DNA from: Neoconidiobolus thromboides FSU 785
Lineage: Eukaryota > Fungi > Entomophthoromycota
Direction of reading: 5' to 3'
Assembly (NCBI GenBank): GCA_025603075.1
Contig: MU626271.1
Coordinates: forward strand, 62,001 to 126,000
DNA: 64,000 nucleotides
Shown here: positions 36,207 through 48,812 of the stretch, one piece after another
Position numbering within the stretch: the first letter of the stretch is position 1
Layout of the letters: the number at the start of each line of letters is the position of its first letter
Made by a program: the position numbers and the translations under genes
Notes under the pieces: generated by a model
What the model saw: the letters and a program-made list of their open reading frames with translations, nothing else
What the model was told of the DNA's origin: nothing
Databases searched by the model: none

Positions 36207-37092
36207 ATTTACTGTTTTTATTTGTAACAAAATTTAAGCAGAGATTTTATTTCAAGGTAGATGAGGTGTTCTATATAACAAGTAGCTTTTCTTTGAAGTT
36301 CTTGCGGAATACAATTTAAATAAATTCATTTTAATTAAAAATTTTAATCATTGGACTTATTCTCGCACATAAACTAAGGTATCGACTAGCATATTAAATA
36401 TAAGGTAGTAAATTAGTCTAAAATTGAAGTGAGAGGGGTACAAATATAAAGCTTTTTAAATGAAATATTATTATATAATCGTAGGAATCACCCAAATATC
36501 TGAATATGGGCTTAACATAACTTAAAGTTCAACTTTTTCTAAGTTTGATTTATTATAATGTAAAACAAGGCCAAGTATTTGTATCTGAAAGCAAGAAAAA
36601 TAATGAAATAAAAAATACATCTTCTAATTTAGCTTTTATTATTTATTTTAGCTACAGTAATTTTATTAACTTAAACCTAAGCAACTGGAAAAAAATTGAT
36701 TTTAACAACCGCTAAATTTGACTAAAATTTTCAAACAACCGTACTAAATCTCAATTATACCTTTCTAAACTAAATCACTTTTAAAATTTCTTTAAGGGAA
36801 TCTGCAGTGCTTTTCGTTTTGCTTAAATATTTCTTGTTTTGACAGCTTGCCCATTGTCCAACACTTGAATCATTTGTTTTATCACTTCATCTATTTCCTT
36901 TTGACTCTATCCTTTGTTTGATTTATCTAAAATGAACACTTTTCTAGCTTTGTAAAACAATGCACAGTACTCCATCGTTCTCTTTAAGTCATCTTCTATA
37001 ACCAGCCAATCCAAACTAGTACTATTTACTTTAAAAAACTAAATTAAATTTAAAATTACATAAAAAACATGCTCCTGTTTATTTTTAATAAC

Positions 37093-39444
37093 TTAAAATG
37101 TGACTTTAGAAGCCACATCATTTTTTGTAAAATTTAGGTAAAACGAGTAATCATTGATATGTAAATTCAAGCCCACCGTAAGGTTAAGGCTAAGGTTTCC
37201 GCCAATTGCATCCCAAACTAAACTCCAAGAAGTACTTAAAAGGTGAATAGGTAAAGGTTGTGTAACTATAGATTGCTGAGGTTGAATAAAAATGGGCTTT
37301 AAACTAGTGGGGTTTAATTTAGGATCTTTACTTTCAAAATCTAATTTAATCTCTGCGGTGAGGTTCTCGTTGTGATAAGCCAAAGCATTCATCTTTGTTA
37401 TTTTGATAACTACATTATCGAATGGATTAATCAATTGCAAAGTTACTCCTCCACCAAAGATACTAAATTTACTACTCTTTAATAACTCTTTTGGTATTTT
37501 GGGTACTGCCATACTATAATTTAGTTGTGACAGTGCTGGTAAAAGCGCCTCTTTATCACTTGTATTCATATAGCCTAAGGAATCAACTAGCATATTTTCA
37601 CCTAAAGTAAAGGATTATTGCTATGTTATTATATTAAATAAACATTACTTACCATTGATATATTTTGACAAGAAATCCTGGGTAATTAAATCCTTTTTTT
37701 TATAACAATAACTAAATCTACAATCTGGTAACTGAAAATAGCCAATGGCAGTTAAATAGCTTTTGGCTTGAGTTTTCAACTGAAACTGGGTGATAATTAC
37801 TTTACCAACCTGTACATTTTGATAATAAATAAGCAATTGAACATCCCCCAGCTTCCCAGAAAACGTTGTAGGGTTTTCAATAATAACTTGAGACTTAAAT
37901 AAAATCTTATTAAAATCAGAGCCTACAACTTTCAAATCACTCAGCTTTGGTGGTGGGTCCTTCATCCCTTTCATACCTGGAAAATTCATACTGACATCTA
38001 ATTTAATGCCTGATAATTGTAAATCTCCAATATCAGTACGGACCACTGTATCCACTTGGCCTAAAACGTGCACCGTAGATTTATCTAAATATACCATCTC
38101 AGTAATGAACTTTTCAAATAAGTCTTTATTTTCCTCATTTACATTCAATGGGATATGATCAAAACTATTCAATACTTTAATATCTTTGCCATTTCTTATT
38201 GTTTTGGCCTGTGTAAACGGTACTTGAAGTTGTGCCATAAATTTTGAATTCTTATATAAATTTAAATTTTCTTTAATTTCGATGATGTCATAAGGAAAAT
38301 CAAAGGGAGAATCTATTTTTGCTGAAATATTGGATGCTAATATTGGCCTAAATGAGCTTTCATGTGTAAAATCAGTAGCCATAGTTAAAATATCGATATC
38401 TTTTACAAAGTCTTTAATGTCTGGATTGACATAATCTAATTCCACTTCATGCTTTAGTATAGCTGATTTTAGCCATACTATGCTAGGGTATAGATCGAGA
38501 CCTTTTATCAAAATTGGAATAGTATCTCCCCTTATAAACCTAGTTACAAACTCACTAACAACTTTCAAGTTTTTACTATCGCTTTGTCTTAATATTCTTC
38601 CATTTAAATTTAGTTCATTATCCCCAATAATCAATTTTAGATTATTTGCTATCACTTCGCTTATCATTATCCCTTTATAAAACATACCATATTTTACACT
38701 ACCAAGTTGCAACTCATTATTACTTGGGTTAAATAGATTTGTCTTCGCTTCAATTTTGATTCCACCTAATTCATGATTACCTGGTAAATTAATGCTTTTT
38801 ATTTGAATGCCTTTGAGCCCATCCATCCCCATCAACTCCATCTCTTGCTTCAAATAAATACCCTTTAGTCGCATCCAAAATGCATATATATCCAAATAAC
38901 CCTGTACTGTCCATTTCAGCTTCTTTTCCGTTATAAGGTCCATCGAAAATTGACTCAAAGCTTCTTGATCTTTAATAATGAATTTATCACTTATAAATAT
39001 TTCATTTTCTTTTGAACTGATATCCAACTTTGGTAAATTAATCAGCCCTATTTCTTTCCCATTATAATTTACAGTCATTTTACTAGGATATGTATACCCT
39101 TTTGCCCCAATTGGACTTAGTAATTTTCCATGGATATTTACCATAAAGCTTTGGTTTGTAGCTCTATAAATATTGGTGGTTATTATCTCCATTTTTGTTT
39201 TGTTTACTACCAGTTGCGCTACAAAGGGTGGTGTACTAATCAGCAACAAAATTACTAGCAACACAACTACTTCTATATATCTTAATAATATAAAGATTTG
39301 AGGAATCTCTTCTTCTTGTTTAATCTGCTCAGTGGCATTGTAATGTGTTGCATTTGAGCTGCTCAGTAATAGGGTGCTTTCATCTTCAAGTGGTTCGTTA
39401 CTATCCTCTACTTCGGTACTATTGTTTGTTGTTATATCTTTCAT
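37093..39444 (-). CDS. Single-TM protein with repeated DUF3712/LEA_2-like domains (Tag1-like), one intron ~37594-37644
   Basis: One N-terminal TM followed by repeated beta-rich units (GMDGLKGIQIKSINLPGNHELGGI, NPSNNELQLGSV, NPTTFSGKLGDV, NPFDNVVIKI). Confidence 0.75.
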
Positions 39445-39542
39445 TTAAATTAAATAAAAGTTTATCATTACTTCATTCGCTTGAATTTATATCTCAATAC
39501 TACCTTGTGCTTAGTTTAGTTTTGTGTTATAGAGGTAGAATA

Positions 39543-39550
39543 TGACGTCA
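39543..39550. promoter_or_regulatory. CRE/ATF-type palindrome TGACGTCA upstream of the DUF3712 gene
   Basis: Exact motif ~100 bp upstream of the ATG at 39444. The same ATATGACGTCAA context occurs at 59690-59701. Confidence 0.35.
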
Positions 39551-39896
39551 AAGGTTTTTAAAAAAGTCATGAAGTTTGGACTCAACTTTGTAACTATTGG
39601 TTAAATTCCATAAAAGAAGAAAATTGACTCACTGTTAAGTTGAATTGTGATAGCTTCTATATTTGAAAAATAATATAATTTGACAAATATGAATAGTTTA
39701 TAAAAAACATGTAGTTACTGTTGTATGTGCTTAAATAGATTAAAGTAAATTTGGATTTGCATAAACAATATTTAAAGATATAAGAGAATAAAAAACAGAG
39801 CTATTTAGCCAACTGTTGGTCTCATCATATAAGATTTACCGCTAATTAGTAGAAGCACATACAACCTATTAGGCTATATTAAAAACACTCTTTATT

Positions 39897-40600
39897 TCAA
39901 TAAGTAACACTATCAAATTCTTCTCCATTATGCGTTCCACCCCTCAACGTATGGCGAACTGTAGAGGCAAATTTAGTAGGATCAGCACGCAAATCACGAG
40001 CAGCATCTTTATTGAGTGGGTCATCTGGGTTGGGTTCTAAAAACAGAAATTGCAGACCCACTATCACTGTATTTAAATTTAATACTGGTTTCCAATCTTC
40101 TCTTAGTACATTTAAACATACGTTGCCGCTCAAATCAATGTTTGGATGGTAGATCTAAATGCAAATTAAAGATTAATGAATTAGAATTTAAGTATATAAA
40201 GTGAGTTACCTTATTTAAGCATAATACCTTTGGTGGTTCATGGGGGTAGTTTGCGTTTATTTTGAAACTGAATTGAAACTTACCACATCTATAATAACCT
40301 GGAATAGGTTTAGTGTTTAAGAATTTAAAATAGACGATCAACTTACCATCATCTGGGGCGATAGTCAATTCAAAGTTCAATATGTCTTCTGGATTTGGGA
40401 AAGTCATCTCCATTGTTTTTGGTAGCTCTAAATCGCCCAAATCTAGCTTGGGATTAATAATGTATTACGAAGAGCTAATCAATAGCTATATGGACTTGTT
40501 TATTACCTTTTTGGACTCTTATAGTTGCAGCTGATGTTTTCGGCTTTCTATTATCACCGCCTGCTACCTTTTCTTTCTTCTTGTTCCATATATTAATCAT
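39897..40600 (-). CDS. UBC12: NEDD8/Rub1-conjugating enzyme Ubc12, multi-exon
   Basis: MINIWNKKK...[43 protein letters not shown] and [16 protein letters not shown]. Confidence 0.96.
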
Positions 40601-40981
40601 TATATGAAGTTAAATTAAGCAAGTGAAAATAATAATACTTGGTGTTAAAACTTTCCAGGCTTGCTGGAATGACCAATTAAATTTGAAGTTTTTGCTGCAC
40701 TAAAAACTCAAGCTGGATTTTGTAGTTTTGAAAACTTGAATGTAATTTATTAATAGTTTGGATAGCTATGAACTAAACAAGGAATGTGTGTTTTAATGGA
40801 TCAAATAAATATAAATTGGGTTATAACTATTATCAATTTTTATTTTTTTTGTAAATAGCTTTAATTTTATTTATAATGGTGCATAAGTAAAACATTATAA
40901 TATATAAACGATACTATATCTGTCATAAAATAAAAATGATAGCTATATATAAAATTAATATAATACTTCATTTTAAAAGGA

Positions 40982-41937
40982 TTATAAGACCAGGATCATC
41001 CAAGATATAAAAAAATAAAATAAAAATATAGGAAAAACAGCCAATGCTTTACGGTTTGGTAAGTTGACGGAAGACAAAAACCCGGTAGAAGCTAAAATTT
41101 AATTAATAAAATATTCTATTAACGTGCTATTGTCACATTGTATGATTATTACTATCTTTATACTATAATTGCAATAGCTAAATAAATAAACAACTTACCA
41201 TAAGTAGCCCAAGCGAACCCAATAATAGAAATAGCCAATCTTACAAACAGGTTACTAATAAACAAAGCCAAGATAGAAGCAATATTTAATGGAAACAAAC
41301 AATAACCAAGCACACAAACACTTTGTAAAAATGATCTAATTATTAAAAAAAATCAACAATTATAAATGCATAAGTAATTTAAAATCCTACACAGTGCCAC
41401 CCAGAAGTTTTGAATTAATGGTGACTATTGAGGCACCTATCCACACTATCACAAAAATCCCAGTAAACACAGTAGCTGACTGTTTGTCTGGAGCACCTAT
41501 GCTTAGACAACTAATTGAGAAATTAATTTAGATCTTTTGAAAATTGATAAATAACTACATTGCCAAACTTAAACAGAGTAATAATGGGCCCCAAAGATCC
41601 CCTATAGAAAAATGGTATCAGTATATTGAAATGTTAATATTATTTCCTTGTATTGAATTTTATAAAAAAAATCCTACATTCTTTCAATGAGTCATTTACT
41701 CTGTTTGGCATCAGGACCAACTGTATCTTTAACCATATGTTTGATAAATCTCTCAACTATGAATTGAAAAAATTATTAGCTTATAGTATTTAAGGCTATC
41801 TCAAAGTAGATTACTAAAGTCTCTTGAATGGACTCATCTAAAGTATCATACACTTTATTTGAATTGTTATCTGCCCCGATCCTTCCGTCTAATTGATTTG
41901 TTGGCTGGTATGATAAATTGTTTTCTAATGTATTCAT
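40982..41937 (-). CDS. YIP4: Yip1-domain Golgi protein Yip4/YIPF6, multi-exon
   Basis: DTLDESIQETL, WDLWGPLLLCLSL, VWIGASIVTINSKLLG, SFLQSVCVLGYCLFPL and RKALAVFPIFLFY. Confidence 0.92.
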
Positions 41938-42088
41938 TTTTATAAAGAATAGATAACAAAAAAAATTAAAAACTATTTAATGATTCATCAGATTTTAAGG
42001 AAATTTTATTGGTGGACCAAGAATCTTGGGAATTTGAAATTGACTTTAATTTTGAAGAGAATTTGAAAAACTATTTTTATCAAAAAAA

Positions 42089-43006
42089 ATGAAGCATTTA
42101 AACAAGACAAACAATAATTTTAATAATAATAGATACCAGGGGAAAAGTAATTATAGCAAGTCATGATAAAACCCATTCCTAAAGATTTTGATAGGAAAAC
42201 AACTCAAGCAGCGAATGATCCAGCATGCTAAAGTAAAAGATAACTTTGTAAAAAAAGTATTACTTAATAAAGAAGAAGAGGAGTATTTAAAAACACCCGA
42301 CTTTTATAAAGAGGTTCGATAGTTTCAAAATTATAGTTATTAGTATTGATATGATTAGGTTTTCGATGAAGTTGATAAGATGAAGCAATATGATTTAGTG
42401 GATGAGGAGATTGACAATGAGGACAAAAAGGTAATTTATTAGCTAAAAAAATGATTCCATCTGTTTTAAATGTTATTTAGAAAAATAAAGCTAACAAAAA
42501 GAAGGAAATCAATAAAAAAAGGTACTTCAAAGAAGTAAAACCAAACTTAAATTAATGAATTTTAGATCGAATATTGAAGAAGAGGAAAAAGAAGAGGAAG
42601 AACAAGAGCATGAAGAAGAGGAATACAATATAGAAAAAAATGAAAAAGAAACTAAACAACTAGAGTAAAGATTTTAAAAATACAAATAAAGATTAATTAA
42701 CCAAAAGTAGAAAACCAAGCATCAAAAAAAGCAAACCAAACCCATTCAAAAGGAGTTTAGAAGACTTAGAAGCACAAAAGAAAGAATTGGAAGCGATTAA
42801 ATTAGTAATATAATATTTAGTTATTTTACTGGTTTTTTAATTTGAATTAGCAAGAAAAATTAGAAAAAGAAAAAAAGAAAAAAGAAATCGAAGACAAGCT
42901 AAAGAAGCGTAAGAAACAAACCTATAAATTGAGCCGTAAAACAAAAAGAGGTCAACCCGTTTTAACTAATGTCTTGGATTCGATCTTGGATAAATTGAAA
43001 AAATAA
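42089..43006 (+). CDS. FYV7: Fyv7/TAP26-family rRNA-processing protein, multi-exon
   Basis: KQLKQRMIQHAKVKDNF, an acidic middle region, and C-terminal KLSRKTKRGQPVLTNVLDSILDKLKK*. Confidence 0.75.
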
Positions 43007-43381
43007 GTTATAGAATATTAAATTGAGATATTTATAGATATAAATTAGATTAAATGTTTATTATTGTACTTTATGCTAACTATTGAATAATTTTTCATGG
43101 GTCATCCTATTAAATAGCTAAGTTTATAAAATAACAACATAAAAGAAGCATTTTCAAATCATCTGTTATACATATTTAATATATTAAATATTAGAAAAAA
43201 ATTCAGTTTGCACCATCGATCGAGAACTTTTATCCAAAAATTTATTCAAATACTAGATAATACATTTCAATTGATATAATTGGCCTATTTTATGATCTTC
43301 ATATTATTATATCATTAAACTTCAAATTATTTGTTTTGTTTATCATAATATTTTTATCGATGTTTTAATATAGAACAAAAA

Positions 43382-44723
43382 CTAAGCCTTTTTTTTGTCA
43401 TCTTCTGTAACAGTAACCTCAGAAACAGCCTCTGGCTTCACATTGTCCTTTTTGTGATCTAAAATATAAGCAAGTTGCCCTAACCCAAACATTGACCAAA
43501 TCATATAATCAATTATAAATGAAGGGAGTAGCCTACTACCATAATAGACCCACATATCACCACCTAGAAAAATATATATGCTATTAGACAGTTAATTAAA
43601 TATTAAATGTAGTTCGAACCTAGAACCAAAACTGAAGAGTAAGGCCATTTATAGCTATTAAAGAATGATAAACTAGGCTTCAAACTAGGTACCAATAAAC
43701 TTGTAAGATAAGCTAAGGCAGAGATGATGACAGCAAATGGATTGATGTAAAAATAAAACTTTGATAAGGTAGTGCTTCTCTTAGATTCAATGAAATGGAT
43801 CACTTGATTGCTAAAATCATCTGCAGACATGGGAGAATGAGCTGAAAGATCCATCAGTCATTTTGTTTTCTTTTAAATAAATGCTCTTACTTTGTGAATA
43901 ATTAGCTCTTTTTACTATATAACCATAGATAGAGTCATATAGCGACTCGCTCTTTTCTTCTTTGTGCATTAAATTGTTTACATCAATTTTTGATTTTACA
44001 GATCTAAAACATTCATCAATTGTGAATCAAGTAAAAAATAGTCGACATACCCTGGCTTAATCGTTAAAACATCAATATTGAATGGAGCCAATTCTAGTCT
44101 TAGAGTTTCCGACAAGGTGTGTATAGCGGATTTGGAAGCTCCATAGACAGCGCCAAAGGGGGCTGTCATATGTCCAGAAATAGAGCCGATGTTGACGATA
44201 GTACCACTCTTATTATTGATCTAGTAATGAAAACAGAAGTAAGAAATTTAATATTGACAAATAAAGTTCTAGTCTACCATATGAGGCACCACAGCTTGAG
44301 TAAGGTTTAAAACCCCAAATACATTGGTTTCAAATACCTTATTGACGTTGGTAATATCTACTTCGATGATCGGTTTAGAAACTGAAACGCCTGCGTTATT
44401 GATTAAAATGTCAATCTTTCCTTCGGCAGCAATAATTCCGTTAACCGCTTTTTTTATACTTTCTTCTTGCATTACATCTAACTCTATTAATTTACATCCA
44501 TATGCTAGATTTTATCTGTTAGCTGATTGCTTGGTAAATACTGTATTTGAAATATGTTAACATTGTGATAAAATTAGTTACCGTTTAAGTCTTTCATTTT
44601 ATTAATATCTCTGGCACTTGCATACACGTTGTAATTTTTTAGGGCCATTGTTTTTGCTAAGCAGGAACCTATACCACCATCACTGCACCCAGTAATTAAC
44701 ACTATTTGATTCAGATCTTTCAT
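43382..44723 (-). CDS. AYR1-like short-chain dehydrogenase/reductase, 6 exons
   Basis: VLITGCSDGGIG, IDILINNAG, FETNVFGV, GTIVNIGS, YGASK (YxxxK) and LRLELAPFNIDV. All introns are GT-AG and the frame is intact to TAG at 43382. Confidence 0.92.
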
Positions 44724-44876
44724 TTCAAAAGTAATATTTAAAAAAAGGATTTGATTTTTTTATATCTTAATTTATGCTTGCTTTATGCTCGGACATTTGC
44801 TCCCTGATTTCTTTCATGTTCATGATAGCAAAAGTTTGAATTTATTATAAGTTTGTAATTGTTCTAGATAACATAT

Positions 44877-44973
44877 GGGGATGTATTTTTGTATTTAAGA
44901 ATTTTACTAACAATTTTTCCACACAAATAGTGCTTAAAAGATGGAAAAAGTAATGAAGCCAAAAAACATCCCC
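44877..44973 (+). mobile_element. MITE copy ~150 bp upstream of the SDR ATG
   Basis: Near-consensus GGGGATG...CATCCCC, flanked ATAT/ATAT. Confidence 0.9.
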
Positions 44974-45679
44974 ATATTGTGTTTATAAAAATTTTGAAAA
45001 AATGTAGCCATGGTCAGAGATTTGTACAAAACTATAAATTTTATAATGTGTCAGTAGCTGTAAGGAAACAAACTATCATTTGAATAGTTAAACTAATCAC
45101 TTAACGTATCTGGGTAGGGAGAGTCCACCGATTCTTTAAATTATATTTAAATTCTACTACATCAAAGATATTTAGTCCACGAGGTTAGCTTCTAAGGATT
45201 AATTAAATGCTAATAAAACTTATACTTTATAAATAGATGATAGATTAAAAATTATAGTATATTTTTATATATAGCTTGTTGAAAGCTAAGTTTCATTGAA
45301 AAAACAGCTGTTTAATGTTACAAAGGATTAAGTATTAACAAACAAACGAAAAATTAGTACTAATTATTATCACCTTTTAATAATTTACTAGTTGAAATAT
45401 CTAATAAGGTTATAACCAAAGCCAACTGCTAAATTAATTTAATCTCTAAAGCTGACTCGTCCATGTTATAGTAAAGTTTCGATATGTTATAAGTTGAATT
45501 TAAACTTTGGTTAATAGACCTTATAACCTTTGTTTTAACTTTAATAAGCACTGTAATATGAAAAAATGCTGAAAATTGCGTTATAAAATAAAATTAAATA
45601 ATGGTTTGCTTACTATATTTATTATACACCAACTGGATTTTTATGAAGTTCAAAACAAATTAGACAATAAAACTATAAG

Positions 45680-47023
45680 TTACACGCGTACAAATACCTT
45701 TCTGTTAACCATAAGCTTAAGAATAAAGTAAATTACTGCTCCTAAAAAAGCTGAGGTGCCCGAGTACATTATAACAGGGATGTAGTTAGGTTTAGCTAGA
45801 TTAGAACTTGAAGCAGTTAATATAGCGGATGCAATGGGAGTACCGACTAAGTTGGGAATTCCAGAAGCAAAATAAAGTAACCCATTGATACTCGCAATAC
45901 CCTCAACCCCAAACAATTGCACTACAATTACAGGTGACATTGAAACAATGCCACCTGAAACTACACCATATAGAACATTAAAAAGTGCTAATATACCAAA
46001 AGTGTATGAAAATGTCCAAACAAAAAAACAGAAAAATGATGTAAGAACAACGCAAATAATGAGTGTGTTAATTCTACCACAGCGATCTCCTAGAGTACCT
46101 AAAGCTACCCTTCCAATAGCTGAACCACCGTTTAATAGCCCAACTAATATAGCCCCTTGGGTATCAGAAAGGTTAATGGACTGGGCATATTTATTCATAA
46201 GAAAGAAAGGTACAAGGTAGCCAAATGAACACATGGCACCACCAAAAAAAATTGCAAGAAATCTACGATCTTTGAACTTAGAAAAATCAATCCAAGCCTT
46301 CTTTTTTATCACTTTAACTCTTTCCTTAAGAAAGAGAGATGTAGTTGGCAATATGACAATTGAGATAATAGCTTGTATTCTAAGAGTCCATCGAAAACCT
46401 ACATGATTTAAAATATATTGTATGAGTGGGTTTAATACTAAACCACCGATTCCTGAGCCAGCTACTACGACACCTGTTGCTAAGCCAATATGTTTATTGA
46501 ACCACTGAGAGGGTGCGCTTACTGCAGGTAAAAAAGTAATAGAACCACCAATACCTACCATAATCCCTTGTGTTAAAAACAAATGCCAAACTTCGAAACT
46601 AAAAGATGCTAATAGCAACCCCAATGAATAGATGACTGAGCCAATGAGAGTAGCTTTACGATAACCTATCTCATCTGCGAATCTTCCACTAAATAGAGCT
46701 AAAAGAGTGAAAAGCGCAGTGTTTAAAGTTGCAATTAAACTTATAGTGGATAAAGATACTTTATCTTTGAACAGCTCATCAGCATAGTATTTAATATAAA
46801 TCCCTCCACTATAAACGATGCCTAAAAGCGCAAATAAATTGAAAAAGCTAGCAGTCACTACAATCCAGCCCTGTATACCATCTAGCTGAGATTTTTCTTC
46901 TGACTCTTCGTCTAGTACATCTTTGTTTATTTCTCTAAATGTGCTATTAGAACCCAACTCATTACTTAGATCTACTTTTTCACTAATTTGCGACAGTGTT
47001 TCATTTTTTGTGGTATCTCTCAT
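45680..47023 (-). CDS. Monocarboxylate-porter MFS transporter, paralog 2
   Basis: Same motifs as 14665-16017 with clearly high identity to it. Confidence 0.92.
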   Translation of the reverse strand: MRDTTKNETLSQISEKVDLSNELGSNSTFREINKDVLDEESEEKSQLDGIQGWIVVTASFFNLFALLGIVYSGGIYIKYYADELFKDKVSLSTISLIATLNTALFTLLALFSGRFADEIGYRKATLIGSVIYSLGLLLASFSFEVWHLFLTQGIMVGIGGSITFLPAVSAPSQWFNKHIGLATGVVVAGSGIGGLVLNPLIQYILNHVGFRWTLRIQAIISIVILPTTSLFLKERVKVIKKKAWIDFSKFKDRRFLAIFFGGAMCSFGYLVPFFLMNKYAQSINLSDTQGAILVGLLNGGSAIGRVALGTLGDRCGRINTLIICVVLTSFFCFFVWTFSYTFGILALFNVLYGVVSGGIVSMSPVIVVQLFGVEGIASINGLLYFASGIPNLVGTPIASAILTASSSNLAKPNYIPVIMYSGTSAFLGAVIYFILKLMVNRKVFVRV

Positions 47024-47487
47024 TCTGTAATTTTATTTATTTGTAGAAAACTGCTCATAATGTTTCTAAGATTATTCTTTTTATACTATCTTTTCAGTGA
47101 ATCACCAGTAGTGTATTGTGACTATATGGATTTTTTTATTTAAAAAATTTATGGTTTTGAAAATATGGATAATCTAGAGTAATTAGAACATAAAATTTCG
47201 AGGTAATTTGGACTTATACCAAGCTCATAAAAAGGTGCTTTATAGGTGTTTCAAAAATCCGCCGAATGTACTAAAGTGGTTCACGTTCAATGATATTAAG
47301 TTCTTATAATGAACATTTCCGCTAAGTCAAAATAGTATAAAGTGACATTTATATAGCAACATAAAATACTTTTTTTAATAGAAACATTAAAGGCATTTAT
47401 TCTAATTATTAAAGGAGCCTTTGTTTTTTTGTCAAGCTTTTTACTTTATAGTTGAAAATAGGATAAATGACTTTTATTATTTTAGTG

Positions 47488-47679
47488 TATGGTAATATAT
47501 CTTTTAAAAATTTTATTAACAATCTTTCCACTCAAATAGCACCTAAAAAATAGAAAAAATAATGAAACTAAAAACACCTCTGTATGGGGATGTTTTTGAT
47601 TTCATTATTTTTTCTATTTTTTAGGTGCTATTTGAGTGGAAAGATTGTTAATAAAATTTTTAAAAAATATATTACCATA
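47488..47679. repeat. Palindrome made of two tail-to-tail MITE copies (47491-47581 and 47586-47676)
   Basis: The 80-bp arms 47488-47567 and 47600-47679 pair with a single mismatch. The two copies share a central GTAT. Confidence 0.92.
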
Positions 47680-47950
47680 TAGTAACCCAGATTTATTAAT
47701 AGTCAATAAATTTGTTAAACAGGAATTTATTAACCCAGTTATGAAGATTGGAGCATATTTAGTATTGTGATCAAAATGATTTTCTCAAATTTTACAGCAT
47801 TTTTACAGAACAATAAAATATCCAATTGTATGGAAATAACAAATTCTACACTATCTATATCTGTACACAATACCCATTTGTTGATTTTTAAAATACCTGT
47901 TTTATCTTAGATATTTTCGAATAGTTTATTGTTTTATTTTTCAAAATATT

Positions 47951-48047
47951 GGAGATGTATTTTTTTGCTCAAGAACTTTGCTAACAATTTTTCCACAAAT
48001 AGCATTTAAAAAATATAAAAAGCAATGAAACCAAAAAAAACATCCCC
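47951..48047 (+). mobile_element. MITE copy
   Basis: GGAGATG...CATCCCC. The TSD is ambiguous (possibly ATTG). Confidence 0.82.
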
Positions 48048-48246
48048 ATTGTCTTGAAAAAAAGTATAAATGGATTATTATCCATAATAAAGGTACTTAA
48101 GTATATAGCTGATTCAAAAAAACGGAAAACCAACATATTAGTTTTAATGAAATAACAAAATTTATAATTGCATAATATATATATATTAAAGAAAGAAGTA
48201 AAATAAACTTGTTTTTAATTTCTAGACTATTTAATAACAAATAAAT

Positions 48247-48338
48247 GGTATTTTATTTGATTTAACTTTTTCTATTTTTCAAGCATTGTTTGAATAGAAT
48301 AACTGCTAAAAAAAATTCTTAAACAAAAATACCTCCCC
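48247..48338 (-). mobile_element. Degenerate MITE copy
   Basis: Ends ATTCTTAAACAAAAATACCTCCCC, flanked AAAT/AAAT. Confidence 0.7.
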
Positions 48339-48514
48339 AAATATTGTTAATTAAAAGTTAAAGTATCTGTTTAGTTAACATCATCAAAACGTTTTAATAT
48401 TTAAAATTTTTATTAATCTAACTTACATTATATAAACTATATGTATTATAAACAATCTAATTGCATTATATTTATCTACTGTTTTAAAAAAGTTATCAAT
48501 TTATTATAAAATAT

Positions 48515-48610
48515 TTGGGATGTTTTTTTGGCTCTATCACCTTTTCTCTTTTAAATGCTATTTGAGTGGAAAAATTGTTAGCAAAACTCTTAAACACAAA
48601 ACACATCCTC
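48515..48610 (-). mobile_element. MITE copy
   Basis: TTGGGATG...CATCCTC with the reverse core, flanked ATAT/ATAT. Confidence 0.83.
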
Positions 48611-48812
48611 ATATGCCATTTAAGTTATAAATAAAAAATTTCCAAAAACCAATATTATAAGTTATTTATAAAACATGTCAAATTTACTTTGGTATTTAAT
48701 TAAATTATGGGACAAAAATAATATATAACATTTTAGCTTAGTAAATTTAGCATCTACTAATTTGATCAATTTTATCTATAAGCTTGAAAGCTATATTAAA
48801 GATAGTTTCAAC

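Noticed and set aside
36760-37030. Interrupted minus-strand frame (LDWLVIEDDLKRTMEYCALF...) and a partial MITE arm at ~36585-36625
   Set aside because: The frame is short with internal stops and is unidentifiable. The MITE fragment is too eroded to delimit.
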